DNA of 64,000 nucleotides from positions 338,131-402,130 of the forward strand of contig JANWZD010000002.1 in the NCBI GenBank assembly GCA_025054935.1, given 5' to 3'. The notes under the pieces are model-generated. The model saw only the letters and a program-made list of their open reading frames with translations, searched no databases and was not told where the DNA came from. This stretch comes from Dehalococcoidia bacterium (GTDB taxonomy: Bacteria; Chloroflexota; Dehalococcoidia; SpSt-223). A program made the translations under genes and the position numbers. Shown in pieces: positions 19,430 through 28,943 of this stretch (position 1 is the stretch's first letter; each line of letters opens with the position of its first letter).

Positions 19430-20029
19430 TCAGAAGGAGCCTGGAGCGATCAGCCAGCGCGTGCTTGCATAGAAAAGAATGCCCGCTACCTCGCGTGCCG
19501 CTTGGTAGGCGATCGTCTCGCGTCGGTACACCCGATCATCCGAGCAGGCAGTTTCCACAATAAAGCCGCGGTCGCGAAACAGCCATCCTGCTCGCGGGAG
19601 ATGATACGGGTCAGAGACGACGATCAGGCGCTGCCAGCCGTAATTGTTCGCCAGCTGCCGGACAAAGATCGCACTCTCCTCAGTGCTCCGAGCGCGATCC
19701 TCAATGAAGATCCGCTCGATCGGCACGCCGGCGGCGATCGCCACTTGGGCAATGACAGCGCCTTCGGCAGGAGGGTGGGCACCGACCGCGCCGCTCCCGA
19801 CAAGATAGGGCGCTTTGCCCTCGCGCCAGAGCGCGGCGCCGCGCAAGGCGCGCTCGCGCAGGGCAGGAGAGGGCCTGCCCCCGGACCAGACGCTCGCTCC
19901 GAGCACGACGATTGCGTCAGCGGGTGCAGGGTCTCCGCAGGGGGTCGCCGCGATCGCCCCGGCAGCGGTGCCGAGTGAGGCGCAGAGCAGAAGAGGAAGG
20001 GCAGCCGGGATGATCGTGCGGCGGAGCAT
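19430..20029 (-). CDS. YdcF/DUF218 (ElyC/SanA-like) family protein with signal peptide
   Basis: 199 aa. N-terminal signal-like MLRRTIIPAALPLLLCASLGTAAG. DUF218-type core (IVVLGA...STEESA...LIVVSDPYH). Confidence 0.75.
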   Translation of the reverse strand: MLRRTIIPAALPLLLCASLGTAAGAIAATPCGDPAPADAIVVLGASVWSGGRPSPALRERALRGAALWREGKAPYLVGSGAVGAHPPAEGAVIAQVAIAAGVPIERIFIEDRARSTEESAIFVRQLANNYGWQRLIVVSDPYHLPRAGWLFRDRGFIVETACSDDRVYRRETIAYQAAREVAGILFYASTRWLIAPGSF

Positions 20030-20099
20030 ACTTGAATAGTAAACGCCGTTGACCCTCCCGCTCTTTGACGTCCGAAGCGGCAGCCGCTAGCATCGGCAT

Positions 20100-20981
20100 G
20101 TGAGCCGTCCTCCCTTCCGAAATGGCCGCTGGCGCGCTGCCGTCATCGGCAAGCCGATTGGGCACTCGCTTTCTCCCGCCATCCAGAATGCTGCCTTTCA
20201 GGCGAGCGGCTTCCCGGCGTGGTACGAGGCGATTGAGGTCGACCCTGAAGATGTGCCTGCCTTGCTCGCGCTCGTGCGGGGCCCGCAGTGGCTTGGCGTG
20301 AATGTCACCATTCCCCACAAGGAAGCGGTCGCGCGGCTCATTGATGAGCGAAGTCATGAGGCAGCGCGCGCGGGCGCAGTGAACACGGTCGTCCGGGTCG
20401 GCGAAACGCTGGTCGGCCATAACACCGATATCGCCGGCTTTCTGCGCGCGCTCCGCGAGGACGCCCGCTTTGACCCGCGGGGATGCGCGGCCGTCGTTCT
20501 CGGCGCGGGCGGAGCGGCGCGCGCCTGTGCCGTCGCCCTTGCCGATGCAGGAGCGCGGCGCATTGTCATCGTCAATCGCGACCAGAGCCGGGCGGAGCGC
20601 CTCGCCGCCGACCTTGGAGCGGACCGCATTGAAGCTGCGCGCGGCGAGGAGGCGGCAGACGCTTGCCGCGCTGCGGATCTGCTCGTTAATGCCACCTCCG
20701 TCGGTATGCGCGGCGGTCCGGCGCCGGAGGCGCTTCCTCTGCCGGCTGGTTGGCTCCCGCGAGACGGTCTCGTGTACGATTTGGTGTACCGCCCGACGGA
20801 AACGCCGCTGCTGCGCGCTGCCATCGCCAGCGGGCTGCCGGTGCTGGGAGGGCTGGCGATGCTGGTCTATCAAGGCGCAGCGGCCTTCGAACTGTGGACT
20901 GGAATAGCCGCGCCCGTCGAGCGGATGCGTGAAGCTGCTGCAGCGAAAGTAGAGGAGGCGTCGGCGTGCTCCGATTCCTGA
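20100..20981 (+). CDS. aroE: shikimate dehydrogenase
   Basis: 293 aa. Motifs GKPIGHSLSP and NVTIPHK. NAD(P) fold VLGAGGAARA. Confidence 0.92.
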   Translation: MSRPPFRNGRWRAAVIGKPIGHSLSPAIQNAAFQASGFPAWYEAIEVDPEDVPALLALVRGPQWLGVNVTIPHKEAVARLIDERSHEAARAGAVNTVVRVGETLVGHNTDIAGFLRALREDARFDPRGCAAVVLGAGGAARACAVALADAGARRIVIVNRDQSRAERLAADLGADRIEAARGEEAADACRAADLLVNATSVGMRGGPAPEALPLPAGWLPRDGLVYDLVYRPTETPLLRAAIASGLPVLGGLAMLVYQGAAAFELWTGIAAPVERMREAAAAKVEEASACSDS

Positions 20982-22186
20982 CCGCCGGAGAGTCTCACGG
21001 CCCCGCGCTGACCGTTATCATCGATGGCCTGCCGGCGGGGATCCCGCTTGATGAAGAATGGATCGCGCGCGACCTTGCCCGGCGGCAATGGGGCCACGGC
21101 CGCGGCCAGCGGCAGAAGATCGAACGGGATCGCGCCGTCATTGAGGGAGGCGTCCGGTTTGGCGAAACGCTCGGCAGTCCAATCGCGCTCCGCATAGAGA
21201 ACAAAGATTGGGAGAACTGGCGGACGAAGATGAGCGTCTCGCCAGTGGAGGAGGCGGTCCCGCCGGTGACGCGGCTGCGGCCCGGCCACGCCGACCTCCC
21301 CGGCGCGATGAAATACCAGACCGATGACGTCCGCAATGTCCTCGAACGAGCGAGCGCACGCGAGACCGCCGCTCGCGTTGCGGCGGGAGCAGTCGCTCGC
21401 CGCTTCCTCGACGAGTTCGGCGTCACCGTCCGCTCGCACACGGTCGCCATCGGGGGCGTGACCAATCCGATGATGGACGGCGACGAACGCGACATCGATT
21501 GGGACGCGGTTGAAGAGTCGCCGGTCCGCTGCGCCGACCCGGTGGTCGGGAAGCGCATGATCGAGGTCATTGACGAGGCGCGGATGGATGGCGACACCGT
21601 CGGCGGCATCTTCGAGGTGATCGCCACGGGCGTGCCGATCGGGCTCGGCTCGCATGTGCAGTGGGACCGCAAGCTGTCTGCCAAGATCGGGCAGGCGATG
21701 CTTTCGATCAACGCCGTGAAAGGCGTTGAAATCGGCGGCGGTTTTCGGCTGGCACATCTGCGTGGCTCCCAGGTTCATGACGTCATTCGGTTCAACGACG
21801 ACCCGACGGCCATGTTCAACTGGAGCCACACTACTAATCGCGCGGGCGGGATTGTCGGCGGGATGACCAACGGCGAGGCGATCATCGTCCGCGTCGCGCT
21901 CAAACCGATCTCCACCCTCGCGAAGCCGCTTCCCTCGGTCGACCTCCGCACGGGCGAACCGGTGACCGCGCACTATGAGCGGAGCGACGTCTGCGTGGTG
22001 CCGGCGGCAGGGGTGATCGGCGAAGCGATGCTCTGTCTGGTGCTGGCAGAAACCTACCTCGAGAAGTTTGGCGGCGACCATCTTGCCGAGACTCGCCGCA
22101 ACTTCGAAGCGTACGTCCGGGCGATCCAAAAGAAGAGCGCAGGCGACGCCATCGCGCGCGACTCGAGGTTAGAACCAGTCCTGTGA
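20966..22186 (+). CDS. aroC: chorismate synthase
   Basis: 406 aa. N-terminal LRFLTAGESHGPAL and conserved GERSSARET-like ERASARETAARV. Confidence 0.95.
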   Translation: MLRFLTAGESHGPALTVIIDGLPAGIPLDEEWIARDLARRQWGHGRGQRQKIERDRAVIEGGVRFGETLGSPIALRIENKDWENWRTKMSVSPVEEAVPPVTRLRPGHADLPGAMKYQTDDVRNVLERASARETAARVAAGAVARRFLDEFGVTVRSHTVAIGGVTNPMMDGDERDIDWDAVEESPVRCADPVVGKRMIEVIDEARMDGDTVGGIFEVIATGVPIGLGSHVQWDRKLSAKIGQAMLSINAVKGVEIGGGFRLAHLRGSQVHDVIRFNDDPTAMFNWSHTTNRAGGIVGGMTNGEAIIVRVALKPISTLAKPLPSVDLRTGEPVTAHYERSDVCVVPAAGVIGEAMLCLVLAETYLEKFGGDHLAETRRNFEAYVRAIQKKSAGDAIARDSRLEPVL

Positions 22187-23043
22187 GCGTCCAAGACCTT
22201 CTAGGTCTCAATGTCAGCCGCGTCGAACACATCCGCGAGAGGATGCCCGCGCTCGGGCTGAAGCGGGCAGAACTGTTCGTTTTCTCCCGCGAAGAGCTTC
22301 CGGAGGTGCGGCGCGCGCTGGAGGAGCAGGGAGCACGGTTCTCCGTGCATACGCCGGTGCCGCGGCCGCGTGACTATCCTTACCCGCTCACATGGACATT
22401 CCTGAACTATGCTGACGCGGAACGACGCGACCTCTACTTCTCCCTAGTGCAGGAAACGGTTGAATGCGCGGCCGACCTCGGCGCGGAGTACGTCGTCGTT
22501 CACTATCCCGGTCCGATCACGAAGGCCTGCGAAGAGATCGGTCTCGCCCGGCTTTTTGAGATTGCGAACGAAAGCGCCGACCGGCTCGCCGAGCTGAGCG
22601 CGCGCACGGGCGTGCCGATCCATCTTGAAGGATTTGGCCCGAGCCCCTTCCTGAACAGCGAATTCATCCTGCGGGTGCTCGAACGACATCCGAACCTCGC
22701 CTACTGCTTCGATGTCGCCCACAACCATATCGCCGATCAGCGCGCGGACCTGACGTACTACGAGTTCTTGGAGGCGCTGCTGCCGCGTCTGGGGTCGGTG
22801 CACCTCTGGCAGACACGCAGTTACGAGGACTATATCGTTTACCGTCACCTTCCCTTGCATCCGTCGCAGACGCCCGAAGAGGGATGGGTCGATATCGAGC
22901 GGGTCGTCCGCACCATCCACCGCGCTCAGCCCACCGTGCCATTCGTGATGGAATCTCCCGGTAGGTTCCCTCACCCGTGGCAGCACCTTGACTACCGCGA
23001 AGGCGTCCGATGGTTGCAAGAGATCCTCGCAACATCGTCCTAA
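22183..23043 (+). CDS. xylose-isomerase-like TIM-barrel (AP_endonuc_2 / sugar phosphate isomerase-epimerase) protein
   Basis: 286 aa. 4-nt overlap with aroC and 34-nt overlap with aroK/aroB. Pattern of His/Glu/Asp-bearing strands (VHTP, VVVHYPG, HLEGF, FDVAHN, MESP) typical of this fold. Confidence 0.7.
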   Translation: MSVQDLLGLNVSRVEHIRERMPALGLKRAELFVFSREELPEVRRALEEQGARFSVHTPVPRPRDYPYPLTWTFLNYADAERRDLYFSLVQETVECAADLGAEYVVVHYPGPITKACEEIGLARLFEIANESADRLAELSARTGVPIHLEGFGPSPFLNSEFILRVLERHPNLAYCFDVAHNHIADQRADLTYYEFLEALLPRLGSVHLWQTRSYEDYIVYRHLPLHPSQTPEEGWVDIERVVRTIHRAQPTVPFVMESPGRFPHPWQHLDYREGVRWLQEILATSS

Positions 23044-24644
23044 CCGGCTTTTCCACCACGGGCAAGTCCACCGCGGGGCGGATTGCCGCTGCGCGGCTCG
23101 GCTTCGAGTTCCTCGACACCGATGCGATCATCGAAGCTCGCGCCGGGCGGCCGATTGCGGCGCTGTTTGCTCAAGAGGGCGAGGCGTGGTTCCGCGACCT
23201 CGAAAGCGCGGTGCTGCTGGAGGCACTGAGCGGATCGCGCCGCGTCATCGCGACCGGCGGGGGAGCGATCCTGCGCCAAGCGAACCGTGAGGCGATGCGC
23301 GCCCAGGGGATGGTGGTCGCGCTTGAAGCCGGGGTCGAGGCGATCCTGCAGCGGCTGGAACGCGAGCAGGAGGGGAGCCGACCGCTTCTCGCCGGCGAGG
23401 ACCCCGCAGCGCGCGTCTCCGCCCTGAAACGGGAACGAGCGCCGCTTTATGCCGAAGCCGACTGGATCGTGCAGACCGACCACCTCTCCCCTGAGGCCGT
23501 TGCCGCCGAGATCGTCCGCGCGTGGAACCTCGTCCGCTACCGCATTGCCTCGCCGAGCGACGGAGCGCGGGCGGTCGTCACCACCGGTTCCGCGAGCTAT
23601 CCTCTCTACGTCGGTGCCGGCATCCTCGCTCGCGTAGGGCCGCTGATCCGCGAATGGGCGAGCGGGGCGGTGTGGGTGCTTGCCGACGCGCGCGCAGCCG
23701 AGCTGTACGGCGAGCAGACCCTGCGCTCGCTTCACGATGCCGGCCTGACGGCAGCGCTCCGCGTCATTCCGAGCGGCGAAGCGAGCAAGGACCTCGGCGT
23801 AGCGGGCGAGCTGTATCGGTGGCTCGCCGCGCAGCGTGCCGAACGGCGCGATGTTATTGTCGCCCTCGGCGGCGGCGTGACGGGAGACCTTGCGGGCTTT
23901 GTCGCCGCCACCTTCCTGCGCGGGCTGGCGCTGGTCCATGTGCCGACGACCCTGCTCGCCATGACCGACTCGGCAATTGGCGGCAAGACCGGAGTAAACC
24001 TGCCGGAGGGGAAAAACCTCGTCGGCGCGTTCCATCAGCCGCGCCTTGTGGTGGCCGATGTCGAGGTGCTGCGCACGCTCCCAGAGCGGGAGTACCGCGC
24101 GGGATGGGCGGAGACGATCAAGCACGCGCTGATCCGCGACCCGGAATTGCTCGCGCTGCTGGAACGCCATGCCGACCGGCTCCTCGCCCACGATCGCGAC
24201 CTGCTCGTCGACGTCATCGGGCGGAGCATGGCGGTGAAGGCAGAGGTCGTCTCGCTCGACGAGCGGGAGGATGGGCTCCGGATGATCCTGAATTACGGCC
24301 ACACTGCCGGCCATGCCCTTGAAGCGGCCGGGAACTACGAGACGCTCCTGCACGGCGAGGCGATCGCCGTCGGCATGGCGGTGGCGGCCGCTCTCGGCGA
24401 GGCCATCGGCGTGACGCCCCCGGCGCTGGTCAAGCGGCAGAACGCCCTCATCGCCCGCTTTGGGCTGCCGCTGCGCGCACCGGTCGTGCCGTTCGAACGC
24501 GTCCTTGCTGCCCTTGCGGTCGATAAAAAAGTGCGCGGCAAGCGCAATCGCTGGATCCTGCTCGAGGAAGCGGGACGAACGACAATCCGCGACGACGTTC
24601 CGCCCGATCTGGTCGTGCGGGTGCTGCGCGAGGTGATGGCGTGA
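23010..24644 (+). CDS. aroKB: bifunctional shikimate kinase / 3-dehydroquinate synthase (AroK-AroB fusion)
   Basis: 544 aa. N-terminal P-loop GFSTTGKST plus LDTD. The C-terminal 370 aa are DHQ synthase ([32 protein letters not shown]). Confidence 0.93.
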   Translation: MVARDPRNIVLTGFSTTGKSTAGRIAAARLGFEFLDTDAIIEARAGRPIAALFAQEGEAWFRDLESAVLLEALSGSRRVIATGGGAILRQANREAMRAQGMVVALEAGVEAILQRLEREQEGSRPLLAGEDPAARVSALKRERAPLYAEADWIVQTDHLSPEAVAAEIVRAWNLVRYRIASPSDGARAVVTTGSASYPLYVGAGILARVGPLIREWASGAVWVLADARAAELYGEQTLRSLHDAGLTAALRVIPSGEASKDLGVAGELYRWLAAQRAERRDVIVALGGGVTGDLAGFVAATFLRGLALVHVPTTLLAMTDSAIGGKTGVNLPEGKNLVGAFHQPRLVVADVEVLRTLPEREYRAGWAETIKHALIRDPELLALLERHADRLLAHDRDLLVDVIGRSMAVKAEVVSLDEREDGLRMILNYGHTAGHALEAAGNYETLLHGEAIAVGMAVAAALGEAIGVTPPALVKRQNALIARFGLPLRAPVVPFERVLAALAVDKKVRGKRNRWILLEEAGRTTIRDDVPPDLVVRVLREVMA

Positions 24645-25189
24645 CGACAATTCTGGCAGTACGGCGCGATGGACGCGTTGCCCTCGCCGGCGACGGCCAA
24701 GTGACGGTGGGAGACACGGTCATGAAGGCACGAGCGCGCAAAATCCGCCGGCTGCACCATGACACGGTCTTAGTCGGCTTTGCCGGCTCGGTCGCCGATG
24801 CCCTCACCCTCTTCGACAAGTTTGAGAGCCAGCTTGAAAAGCACCAAGGGAACCTCCGCCGCGCGGCTGTCGAGCTGACAAAGGAGTGGCGAACCGACCG
24901 CATCCTCCGCCGCTTGGAAGCGCAGCTCGTCGCTGCTGACCGCGAAACGCTTCTTCTCCTCTCCGGCGATGGGGAAGTGATCGAGCCTGACGATGACGCT
25001 CTCGCGATCGGCAGCGGCGGAGCCTACGCCCTTGCCGCGGCACGCGCGCTTCTCCAGCATAGCGACCTTGATGCCGCCGCGATCGCGCGGCGCGGCCTCG
25101 AGATCGCAGCCGACCTGTGCATCTACACCAACCGGGAGATTGTGGTGCTGACCTTAGAGCCGCTCGCGCCGAAAGGAGAACCGCGGTGA
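24641..25189 (+). CDS. hslV: ATP-dependent protease subunit HslV
   Basis: 182 aa. N-terminal (M)[10 protein letters not shown] with catalytic Thr, and GSGG motif. GTGA overlap with the aroK/aroB stop. Confidence 0.92.
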   Translation: MTTILAVRRDGRVALAGDGQVTVGDTVMKARARKIRRLHHDTVLVGFAGSVADALTLFDKFESQLEKHQGNLRRAAVELTKEWRTDRILRRLEAQLVAADRETLLLLSGDGEVIEPDDDALAIGSGGAYALAAARALLQHSDLDAAAIARRGLEIAADLCIYTNREIVVLTLEPLAPKGEPR

Positions 25190-25749
25190 ACCGCCAGCCG
25201 AACGAATACACGCCGATCACCCGCGCCCAGACCATCGAGCTTGAGAAGGAGGCGAGCCCAGAAGAAGCGGAGCGGGTGAAGCCGGAAGTGCTCGCCTTCA
25301 TCCAAGGCCGCGGCGCTCCCTTCTTCGCGTTTCTCACGACGCTTCGGAAAGACGGTCGCCCCCATTGCCGTCCCGTCAGTACGTTCGTCGAGGGGTGGAC
25401 GGTCGGCACGATCAGCCAAGACCTCCACCTCAAGAACCGTCACATCCGCAACAACCCGATCGTCGGCTATCTCTGGGTCGAGCAGTGTCCGCCGCCGGGC
25501 GTTCGGCCGAAGAATGTCTGGATGCAGGGAATTTGCGAGATTATCGATGACCCGGCGGAGATTGCCGACTTCTATCGCCGCCGCGAGGCTGCTCTCGGCC
25601 GGGGGGACCCGCATGCCGACGAGGAATGGAACCGCCTTCTGCTGCGAACTCGCCCCCAGTTCGTCCGCGCCGAGGGCTTCCTCGGCAGACTGAAGCCGGC
25701 AATCTATCGGACGTTCGACGAGGGAATGTCCGGCTCGTCCAGCCCGTAA
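25186..25749 (+). CDS. pyridoxamine 5'-phosphate oxidase (PPOX) family flavin/deazaflavin-binding protein
   Basis: GTG at 25186 with an AAAGGAGA SD, overlapping the hslV stop (the track ORF starts at 25117). PPOX-like core [20 protein letters not shown]...NNPIVGYL. Confidence 0.7.
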   Translation: MNRQPNEYTPITRAQTIELEKEASPEEAERVKPEVLAFIQGRGAPFFAFLTTLRKDGRPHCRPVSTFVEGWTVGTISQDLHLKNRHIRNNPIVGYLWVEQCPPPGVRPKNVWMQGICEIIDDPAEIADFYRRREAALGRGDPHADEEWNRLLLRTRPQFVRAEGFLGRLKPAIYRTFDEGMSGSSSP

Positions 25750-27215
25750 GCGAGCAGCTGGCCCGACCAGCTCCGCGCTGAGGCGGGCGCGGCGGCGTTC
25801 CGCAGTCCGCTCTCGACGACAATCATCGGCGAGCCGCCCACAAGATAGGTGGTGGGCTCGCCGGGAACCGTGTTCGCCGTTGCCGGAGGCAGCTCGATGA
25901 AATAGGCCCCGCCTTGGGGCCGGATCGCGCGCGTCCGGCCGAGTTTATCGACCAGCTGGGCCTCGCCTGCAGCAGCCGGCAGGGTGTAGACGGCAGGAGC
26001 GGGCGTCATGTTCCAGAGCACGGTGGTCCTTGTCCCCGGCTTCGAGAACGTGACGCGCACTACCCCTTTTTCGACTGAGCGCGTGGCTGGCCCTGCTCCT
26101 TCAAGAAACTTCACCGCCGTCTTCACGGCATGGTAGGCAGGCTTCGGAACGCCATTGGCGCTGACGAGCCCATACGGCTCCGCCCCGCGCGGATACTCCG
26201 GATCGTCGCGCATCTTGTAGAAGCCGATGCGTTCAACGCCCGCCGCGAGCGCATTCGCGACCGCCTGAATGATGTAGGAGGCCTGCTCGTCCATCGTGAC
26301 GCGGTAGTCCGAGCGAGGCAGGGGCGATTGCGGATCGTCGTGCGGGACCACGTTCGTCTCGTTGATCCAGATCGGCTTATCGATCCCGTAGGCGGCGAGC
26401 AGCTGCTTGTAGTAGACAGGCACCTCGTAGAGACTGGCGGGGTCGTTGTAGAGGTGCAGCACCACGGCATCGAAGTAGTAGCCGTTCGCCGGCGCAGTTT
26501 CGTCACCTGCTGCTACATCGAGGAACCGCTTAAAGAACAGTTCGCGGTTATATTTCTTGTCCCACCAATAGGTCTGGCCGCCGAGTGCGATCGTGACATT
26601 CGGATTGACCGCTTTGGCAGCGAGGTAGGCGCGCTTGACGAGACGATAGTAGTCCGTGACAGAGCCAGACCAGCTGTAGATGGGGAAGGTCGGGTCCCAA
26701 ATATCAGGCTCGTTCCAAATCAGCCAGGTATCGATCCGCCCGCGGTAGGTAGAGACCACTCGCGAGACATACGCGGTCCAGAGATTGTGCGGGTCATCGG
26801 GAGCCAGGGCGAAATTGCGCGGCGGGTCGGCCGGCCGGCCGGTCCCATTCGCCCAAGCGGGCGGGCTCATCAGGAGGCCGACGATCGTCCGGCCGGCGGC
26901 GAGCTCGGCGTTCAAATCCGGGTCAGGGAAATAGAAGGGGTTCCAATCGTTCGGGCCGTTCGGCTGCAGCCCGTGCCAGAGGAAGGAGACCCGCTGCCAG
27001 GAGAGCCCGGCTTCGCTTGCGAGCGCTCCCGCCCGAAACGCCTCCACGGCGCCAAAGATCCCCGTCGGTTTCGAGGGAGCGGACCCTGCGGCCGCGAGCG
27101 CCGGTGCAAGAAGGGCGAGAAGCGCGGCGAGTGCGCCGCCAAGGGTTACCGTTCGCACACGCGATCCACGATGCCGAAGATTGGCACCAAGGTTGTAGCC
27201 GACCAGGCAAGCCAT
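25704..27215 (-). CDS. secreted/anchored glycoside hydrolase, clan GH-A TIM barrel (family 5/39-like)
   Basis: Track ORF is 25704..27296; the ATG at 27215 is chosen ahead of the hydrophobic leader (LGGALAALLALLAPALAAAG). Contains an acid/base-type IWNEPD and a nucleophile-type WINETN. The exact start is uncertain. Confidence 0.7.
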   Translation of the reverse strand: MACLVGYNLGANLRHRGSRVRTVTLGGALAALLALLAPALAAAGSAPSKPTGIFGAVEAFRAGALASEAGLSWQRVSFLWHGLQPNGPNDWNPFYFPDPDLNAELAAGRTIVGLLMSPPAWANGTGRPADPPRNFALAPDDPHNLWTAYVSRVVSTYRGRIDTWLIWNEPDIWDPTFPIYSWSGSVTDYYRLVKRAYLAAKAVNPNVTIALGGQTYWWDKKYNRELFFKRFLDVAAGDETAPANGYYFDAVVLHLYNDPASLYEVPVYYKQLLAAYGIDKPIWINETNVVPHDDPQSPLPRSDYRVTMDEQASYIIQAVANALAAGVERIGFYKMRDDPEYPRGAEPYGLVSANGVPKPAYHAVKTAVKFLEGAGPATRSVEKGVVRVTFSKPGTRTTVLWNMTPAPAVYTLPAAAGEAQLVDKLGRTRAIRPQGGAYFIELPPATANTVPGEPTTYLVGGSPMIVVESGLRNAAAPASARSWSGQLLAYGLDEPDIPSSNVR

Positions 27216-27286
27216 CGTCAAGATGGCCCCTCTTCTTGGATCGCTGCCGCGCATCGTCCTTCCCGTGAGAGCACGCCGCCTGTCAG

Positions 27287-28129
27287 TTGAAAGCATCCCC
27301 GCTGCACGCTTGGGGAACTGCGTGCTGGCGATCGGCGCATTGCTATACTTCGGCGGAGGCTCTCATCGACCGCGCGCACTTGCTGGAACTGCTCCGTCAG
27401 GTCAAGACGGGTGAACTCGATGAGCGGGCCGCTCTTGCGCAGCTTGAGCGGCTGCCGACCGAGGACCTCGGCTTCGCTCGTCTTGATCACCATCGCGCGC
27501 TGCGCTGCGGCTTTCCCGAGGTGGTGTACGGAGCGGGCAAGACGCCCGACCAACTTGCCGCCATTGTGCCGCGGCTTGCTGCCGCCTCTCCCACGGTGCT
27601 CGTCACGCGGGCTGAGCGCGCCGGGTTCGAAGCGGTCGCGGCCGTCGTGGCAGATGCCGTCTACTATCCGGCGTCGCGCGCGATTGTGGTCGACCGGCGC
27701 GCCGACCGCTCCGGGACTGGGCTTGTCGCGGTCGTGGCTGCCGGCACTGCGGACCTCCCCGTTGCGGAGGAGGCGGCGCTCACCGCAGCGCTGATGGGCG
27801 CGCGCGTCGAGCAGTTCACCGATGTCGGCGTGGCAGGAATTCACCGCCTGTTCGCTGTCTTGCCGACGATCCGGAAGGCGCGCGTGGTCGTTGTTGTCGC
27901 CGGGATGGAAGGCGCGCTGCCGAGTGTCGTCGCCGGCCTCATTGCGCGGCCTGTTATCGCAGTGCCGACCAGCGTCGGCTACGGCGCCAATTTTGGCGGG
28001 CTCTCGGCGCTGCTGACGATGCTGAATTCGTGCGCTAACGGGATCGGCGTCGTCAATATCGACAACGGCTTCGGCGGCGGGTATCTCGCTGCCCTCATCA
28101 ACGCGACGCCGGAGGAAGAGCATGCATGA
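27287..28129 (+). CDS. larB: nickel-pincer cofactor biosynthesis protein LarB (PurE-like carboxylase/hydrolase)
   Basis: 280 aa with a TTG start (uncertain). C-terminal VVAAGTADLPVAEE...VAGMEGALPSVVAG...PVIAVPTSVGYG is typical of LarB. Confidence 0.85.
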   Translation: MKASPLHAWGTACWRSAHCYTSAEALIDRAHLLELLRQVKTGELDERAALAQLERLPTEDLGFARLDHHRALRCGFPEVVYGAGKTPDQLAAIVPRLAAASPTVLVTRAERAGFEAVAAVVADAVYYPASRAIVVDRRADRSGTGLVAVVAAGTADLPVAEEAALTAALMGARVEQFTDVGVAGIHRLFAVLPTIRKARVVVVVAGMEGALPSVVAGLIARPVIAVPTSVGYGANFGGLSALLTMLNSCANGIGVVNIDNGFGGGYLAALINATPEEEHA

Positions 28130-28940
28130 GAAACTCGACCGGCTGCGCGCCATCATCGGCGAGCTCGGGAGCGCGCTTGTCGCATTCTCCGGCGGGGTCG
28201 ACAGCGCCTTCGTTGCCGCGATCGCCTACGACACGCTCGGCGACCGCGCGCTCGCCGTGACAGCCAACTCGCCCACCTTGCCGGCGCGCGAACTGGCAGA
28301 GGCGAAAGCGATCGCGGCGCAGATCGGCATCGCGCATCGAGTCATCGAGACGAACCAGCTCGAACACGCCGCCTTCGTCGCCAACAACCCCGACCGCTGC
28401 TTCCACTGCAAGGTCGATCTCTATGAGCGGCTTGTTCCCCTCGCGCGCGCCGAGGGATATGCCGCCATCCTCGACGGGCTGAACGTCGATGACTTAAGCG
28501 ACCACCGCCCCGGCCGCGACGCAGCGGCACGGTACGGCGTCCGCAGTCCGTTGGTCGAAGCCGGCCTGACCAAGGCGGAGATCCGGGCTCTTTCCCAAGA
28601 ACGCGGGCTTCCGACGTGGGACAAGCCGGCAATGGCCTGCCTCTCCTCGCGTATCCCGCACGGCACGCCGGTGACGCTCGAAGCGCTGCGGCGGATCGAA
28701 GCGGCAGAGGAGGCGCTCAAGGCCCTGGGCTTCCGCCAACTGCGGGTGCGCGACCACTACCCCGTCGCTCGGATCGAACTGCCAGTCGAGGATTTCGCTC
28801 GGCTGCTGGATGAGCCGCTGCGCCGGCAGGCGCTGGAGGGGATTCTCGCCGCAGGCTATCGCTTTGTCACCCTTGACCTTGCCGGCTTTCGAAGCGGCAG
28901 CCTCAACCCTCTCTCCCTCCTCGGGCTCTCCACCGGGTAA
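28122..28940 (+). CDS. larE: ATP-dependent sulfur transferase LarE (PP-loop)
   Basis: 272 aa. PP-loop AFSGGVDSAF. Cys triad CFHC plus ACLSSR. Confidence 0.85.
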   Translation: MHEKLDRLRAIIGELGSALVAFSGGVDSAFVAAIAYDTLGDRALAVTANSPTLPARELAEAKAIAAQIGIAHRVIETNQLEHAAFVANNPDRCFHCKVDLYERLVPLARAEGYAAILDGLNVDDLSDHRPGRDAAARYGVRSPLVEAGLTKAEIRALSQERGLPTWDKPAMACLSSRIPHGTPVTLEALRRIEAAEEALKALGFRQLRVRDHYPVARIELPVEDFARLLDEPLRRQALEGILAAGYRFVTLDLAGFRSGSLNPLSLLGLSTG

Positions 28941-28943
28941 GGC

